Of a DNA stretch of 64,000 nucleotides, positions 60,153 to 64,000 are shown piece by piece. The stretch is from an uncultured Clostridia bacterium (GTDB lineage: Bacteria > Bacillota > Clostridia > Christensenellales > CAG-917), in NCBI GenBank assembly GCA_944358385.1, contig CALVQW010000002.1:72033-136032 (forward strand), read 5' to 3'. A program made the position numbers and the translations under genes. The notes under the pieces are model-generated. The model had not been told where the DNA came from and ran no database searches. It saw nothing but the letters and a program-made list of their open reading frames with translations. Each line of letters opens with the position of its first letter. Within the stretch, counting starts at the first letter, position 1.

Positions 60153-60701
60153 ATGTTCAATATCGTTTTGGTGGAGCCTGAGATCCCGCAGAATACGGGC
60201 AACATAGTGCGGACGGCGGCGGCGACGGGATGTACGGTGCATCTCGTGAAGCCGCTCGGCTTTGACATCTCCGACCGCGCATTGAAGCGCGCGGGGCTTG
60301 ACTATTGGCACCTTGCGGACTTCAAGGTGTATGAGAGCCTTGCTGACTTTTTCGGGAAGAATGCCGCGGGAAGATATGAGTGCGCGGGCGGCTCGGCGTA
60401 TGCGGTGACGCAAGATGCGCGGCAGCCTGCCTTTTACTTCCTCTCCACAAAGGCTGCCAAGGCGCACACGGAGGCGACGTTCCGCCCCGGCGACTACCTC
60501 GTTTTCGGCAAAGAGACCAAAGGGCTGCCCGTGGATCTGCTCGCCGCCAACTATCAAAACACGATACGTATACCGATGCGGGCGGAGGCAAGATCGCTCA
60601 ATCTTTCCAACTCCGTGGCGATAGCGGTCTACGAGGCACTCAGGCAAAACGGCTTCGGCACTCTTTCCGCGGAAGGACATCTGACAGGCACGGAAAAGTG
60701 A
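60153..60701 (+). CDS. trmL: tRNA (cytidine/uridine-2'-O-)-methyltransferase TrmL (SpoU/TrmH family)
   Basis: 182 aa. N-terminus MFNIVLVEPEIPQNTGNIVRTAAATG and C-terminal knot motif SLNLSNSVAIAVYEALRQ. An internal insertion is present relative to the typical ~155-aa TrmL. Confidence 0.85.
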   Translation: MFNIVLVEPEIPQNTGNIVRTAAATGCTVHLVKPLGFDISDRALKRAGLDYWHLADFKVYESLADFFGKNAAGRYECAGGSAYAVTQDARQPAFYFLSTKAAKAHTEATFRPGDYLVFGKETKGLPVDLLAANYQNTIRIPMRAEARSLNLSNSVAIAVYEALRQNGFGTLSAEGHLTGTEK

Positions 60702-61181
60702 GCCGCCATTGCGTGATCGAGCGATCAAGAGCCGCCCGGACCGTCGCAGGCTCGCGGTAGGTTTCCCCGTGTTGTGTCATCTCTCCTGCGATGACAGGCT
60801 TTTAAGATGAACAAAGGGCGCGAATGGCGTCCTCTTTTTTTGCGGAAATCGGCTCGGAAAGGGCGGTACACGATACGTTTACCGCAAAATAACACGATTT
60901 GTGTTGTGAACATATGTGCATATGAGCAGGGGAGAAAACGAGGCGTCCTCGTGTGCGGTCGAGCGCATCCGAGAGTGCTCTTTGCGGATATGATTTTGCG
61001 AGCGCGATCGCACCGATGTCGGGATCACCGTCGAGGAGCGGGAGTTTTTGCGGGCGTAAACTTGCGGGTGCAAATGCGGGCGGATCGCGTTTGGACGTAG
61101 CGAGATATCCGCATATGTTCTCGGTCGGTCGCGGACGCAAATGCGTGCGGCGCGCTTTTATATTCAATATTCGAGTTTTGT

Positions 61182-61210
61182 TTGCGATATGCGCGGGCGT
61201 GTGGTATAAT
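61182..61210 (+). promoter_or_regulatory. Promoter of pgk-tpiA (extended -10)
   Basis: TTGCGA (61182-61187), 17 nt spacer, TGgTATAAT (ending at 61210). Confidence 0.65.
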
Positions 61211-61287
61211 TTTTGGCGTCGGCGCGGGAGGCATCCTTTCCCCGCCGCATCATCCGAGAAAATAATTCATCATAAAGGAGATCCCCC

Positions 61288-62589
61288 ATGAGCAAGATGA
61301 CGATCAGAGACATCGACGTCAAAGGCAAGAAGTGCCTGACAAGAGTGGACTTCAACGTCCCCATGGTTGACGGCGTGATCACGGACGAGAACCGTATCAA
61401 CGGCGCACTGCCCACCATCAAATATCTGATGGACCACGGTGCGAAGGTGATACTTTGCTCGCATCTGGGCAAGCCCCACAACATCTTCACCCCCGGTTTC
61501 GGACTCACCAAGAAGGAGAAAAAGGCGGTGGAAGCCCTCCCCGAAAGCGAGAGAGAGGCGGCAAAGGCGGAATATATCGCAAAAGCCCTCAAAAACGATC
61601 CCAAGAAGTTCTCTTTGAAGCCCGTCGCGGACAGGCTCGCCGAGATCTTCCCCGGCAAGGTGACCTTCGCCACCGACCTCGTGGGTGATGACGCTCATGC
61701 GAAGGTCGCAGCCCTCAAAGACGGAGAGTGTGTGCTGCTGGAAAACACCCGTTTCGACGCAGGCGAGGAGAAGAACAGCGAGGAACTGTGCAGGAAACTT
61801 GCGGATTTCTGTGACATCTACGTCAACGATGCATTCGGCACCGCGCATCGCGCGCACGCCACCACTGCGGGCATAGTGCAGTACGGTTTCGCACCCGTCG
61901 CGGTGAGCGGCTTCCTCATCGAGAAGGAACTGAAATTCCTGGGCGGAGCGGTGGAAAACCCCGTGCGTCCCTTCGTCGCCATCCTGGGCGGTGCTAAGGT
62001 CTCGGACAAGATCGGCGTCATCGAGAGCCTCATCGGCAAGTGCGACGCGCTCATCATCGGCGGCGGCATGGCATACACTTTCCGCGCGGCACTCGGCTAC
62101 AAAGTGGGCAACAGCCTGCTCGAAGAGGACAAGATAGAGCTTGCAAAAGAGCTGATGAAGAAGGCGGAGGAGAAGGGCGTCAAGCTCATGCTCCCCGTTG
62201 ACAACGTCATTGCGGACGCATTCTCCAACGACGCGAACATCAAAGTGGTGGAGGGTGACATCCCCGACGGTTGGATGGGGCTGGACATCGGTCCCAAGAC
62301 CATCGACATCTTCTCCGAGGCGGTCAAGACGGCAAAGACCGTGGTGTGGAACGGACCTATGGGTGTGTTCGAGATGGAGAATTTCGCCAAGGGTACCAAG
62401 GCGGTCGCCAAGGCACTTGCGGAGACGGACGCCATCACCATCATCGGCGGCGGCGACAGCGCGGCGGCGGTGGCTCAGCTGGGGTATGCGGACAAGATGA
62501 CGCACATCTCCACGGGCGGCGGCGCGTCCCTCGAATTCCTCGAAGGCAAGGTGCTTCCGGGCATCGCCTGCCTCAACGACAAGAAGTGA
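61288..62589 (+). CDS. pgk: Phosphoglycerate kinase
   Basis: 433 aa. Motifs [15 protein letters not shown] and [13 protein letters not shown]. Contains a roughly 35-aa Lys/Glu-rich insertion ([29 protein letters not shown]...). AAGGAGA RBS. Confidence 0.95.
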   Translation: MSKMTIRDIDVKGKKCLTRVDFNVPMVDGVITDENRINGALPTIKYLMDHGAKVILCSHLGKPHNIFTPGFGLTKKEKKAVEALPESEREAAKAEYIAKALKNDPKKFSLKPVADRLAEIFPGKVTFATDLVGDDAHAKVAALKDGECVLLENTRFDAGEEKNSEELCRKLADFCDIYVNDAFGTAHRAHATTAGIVQYGFAPVAVSGFLIEKELKFLGGAVENPVRPFVAILGGAKVSDKIGVIESLIGKCDALIIGGGMAYTFRAALGYKVGNSLLEEDKIELAKELMKKAEEKGVKLMLPVDNVIADAFSNDANIKVVEGDIPDGWMGLDIGPKTIDIFSEAVKTAKTVVWNGPMGVFEMENFAKGTKAVAKALAETDAITIIGGGDSAAAVAQLGYADKMTHISTGGGASLEFLEGKVLPGIACLNDKK

Positions 62590-62742
62590 CGGCTAGGGGC
62601 GCGGGATCGCGCCCTTTTGCAAAAAACGGCGTTAATGATGCAAAAACGACGGATAAAACCGCGTTTTGTGCATCATACGCGCCGTGAAAGACAACGAACG
62701 ATAAGCGGGTGCGTCCCGCATTTGATAAGAAAGGAGATCATT

Positions 62743-63492
62743 ATGCGCAAACCCATCATTGCAGGCAACTGGAAGATGAACAACACCATCGCTGAGACCA
62801 AGGCACTCGTCAAGGACCTCATCCCCCTCGTCAAAGACGCGAAGTGCGACGTGGTCATTTGCACCCCCTACACCGACCTTGCCGCGGCTGTGGAAGCCAC
62901 TGCGGGCAGCAACATCAAAGTGGGCGCGGAGAACGTCCATTGGGCGGAGAAAGGTGCGTTCACGGGCGAGATCAGCGCGAAGATGCTGGTGGAACTCGGC
63001 GTGGAATATGTCATCATCGGACACAGCGAGAGAAGGCAGTATTTCGGCGAGACGGACGAGACCGTCAACGCCCGCATGAAAGCCGCGCTCGCCGCGGGAC
63101 TCAAACCCATCGTATGCGTGGGCGAGACGCTCGAAGAGCGTGAGAGCGGCAAGACCGAGGAAGTGGTCACCCGTCAGACCGTCGCGGCGTTCAAGGACAT
63201 CGATAAGGACGAGCTGGACAACATCGTCATCGCTTACGAACCCGTGTGGGCTATCGGCACCGGCAAGACCGCGACCGCGCAGGACGCCAACGACACCATC
63301 AAGGTCATCCGCGACACCATGGCGAAGCTCTATTGCCCCAAGTGCGCAGAGGACAGAGTGCGCATCCAATACGGCGGCAGCATGAACCCCAAGAACGCGA
63401 GCGAACTCATGGCGATGCCCGAGATCGACGGCGGGCTTATCGGCGGCGCGTCCCTCAAAGCGGAGGACTTCTCCAAAGTGGTCAACTACTGA
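62743..63492 (+). CDS. tpiA: Triose-phosphate isomerase
   Basis: 249 aa from ATG 62743 (AAGGAGA RBS). Motifs AGNWKMN, IIGHSERR, AYEPVWAIGTG and GGASL. Confidence 0.95.
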   Translation: MRKPIIAGNWKMNNTIAETKALVKDLIPLVKDAKCDVVICTPYTDLAAAVEATAGSNIKVGAENVHWAEKGAFTGEISAKMLVELGVEYVIIGHSERRQYFGETDETVNARMKAALAAGLKPIVCVGETLEERESGKTEEVVTRQTVAAFKDIDKDELDNIVIAYEPVWAIGTGKTATAQDANDTIKVIRDTMAKLYCPKCAEDRVRIQYGGSMNPKNASELMAMPEIDGGLIGGASLKAEDFSKVVNY

Positions 63493-63515
63493 GAGAGCCT
63501 ACCTTCAACAAAAAG

Positions 63516-63545
63516 GTGCGGAGCATTTGCTCCGCATTTTTTTTT
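63516..63545 (+). terminator. Intrinsic terminator after tpiA
   Basis: TGCGGAGC-ATTT-GCTCCGCA followed by TTTTTTTTT. Confidence 0.85.
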
Positions 63546-63573
63546 GCACGCGCGGGGCGGCGCGCGCGGACGT

Positions 63574-63602
63574 TTGACTATGGCGGCGAGGCGTGGTACA
63601 AT
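63574..63602 (+). promoter_or_regulatory. Promoter of gpmI (extended -10)
   Basis: TTGACT (63574-63579), 17 nt spacer, TGgTACAAT (ending at 63602). Lies just after the tpiA terminator. Confidence 0.65.
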
Positions 63603-63649
63603 GTCTCGGAAACGAAGTTTCGTCCTACGGACGCTAAATGAGGAATGAT

Positions 63650-64000
63650 ATGGAAAAGAAAGTCGTACTTGTCGTCATGGACGGCGTGGGCAAGTCCACC
63701 ACCGGGCTTGGAGACGCCGTGACGCTCGCCAACACTCCCACTCTCGACAAACTGCTCGTCGAGTGTCCGCACACCTACATCAAGGCGCACGGCACTGCGG
63801 TGGGGCTGCCCTCCGATGAGGATATGGGCAACAGCGAAGTCGGGCACAACGCGCTCGGCTGCGGTCAGATCTACTCGCAGGGCGCGAAGCTGGTGGAAGA
63901 GGCGATAGAGAGCGGCGCGATCTTCGCCTCCGCGGCGTGGAAGGAGCTTGCCGCCAACTGCGTCAAAAACGCTTCCGCGATGCATTTCATCGGTCTGCTT
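63650..64000 (+). CDS. gpmI: 2,3-bisphosphoglycerate-independent phosphoglycerate mutase (5-prime partial; runs off window)
   Basis: Open frame from ATG 63650 to the window end, so it is absent from the ORF track for lack of a stop. Sequence: MEKKVVLVVMDGVG...TPTLDKL...AHGTAVGLPSDEDMGNSEVGHNALG. The MGNSEVGH motif is diagnostic of iPGM. Confidence 0.85.
   Translation, partial: MEKKVVLVVMDGVGKSTTGLGDAVTLANTPTLDKLLVECPHTYIKAHGTAVGLPSDEDMGNSEVGHNALGCGQIYSQGAKLVEEAIESGAIFASAAWKELAANCVKNASAMHFIGLL

Overview
This is a 64-kb chromosomal window from a high-G+C, Bacillota/Clostridia-like organism. Lineage markers are AddAB, DnaD/DnaB plus DnaI, the spoVT-yabM-yabN synteny, DivIVA, a type-2 GalT and PpdK. 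About 50 protein genes are mostly housekeeping.

Gene content, in order:
- cadC-HMA-cadA metal efflux operon.
- Two paralogous giant fused ABC ATPase/FtsX-permease proteins.
- tcdA, a THUMP methyltransferase and dtd.
- An operon of Na/Pi cotransporter, OmpR-type regulator and histidine kinase.
- galT, galK, lgt and pncB.
- addB and addA.
- corA and ppdK.
- A low-G+C islet with two small lipoproteins next to tRNA-Val(GAC).
- ArsR and MarR regulators, and the dnaD/dnaI replication-loader pair.
- A preQ1-I riboswitch upstream of queT and an MnmM-like methyltransferase.
- spoVT, a MOP flippase, mazG, dusB and trmL.
- pgk, tpiA and gpmI (gpmI is truncated at the window end).

I found no CRISPR array, cas gene, transposase, integrase, rRNA or recognisable defence system.

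The most unusual content is non-coding:
1. A dense, modular, hairpin-rich intergenic repeat family occurs at 7 or more loci. Two copies lie in inverted orientation and bracket the addAB region.
2. A second repeat family keeps its flanks and loop while its stems change sequence but stay complementary.
3. att-like duplications occur at the ppdK 3-prime end and at the tRNA-Val 3-prime end, bounding the low-G+C islet.
4. addB and a marR-family gene appear leaderless, sharing the same TGTTATACT-N6-ATG geometry.

All coordinates and alignments were made by eye from the sequence. No searches, RNA folding or statistics were run. Many long ORFs in the supplied track are antisense shadow ORFs typical of high-G+C DNA and were not called.
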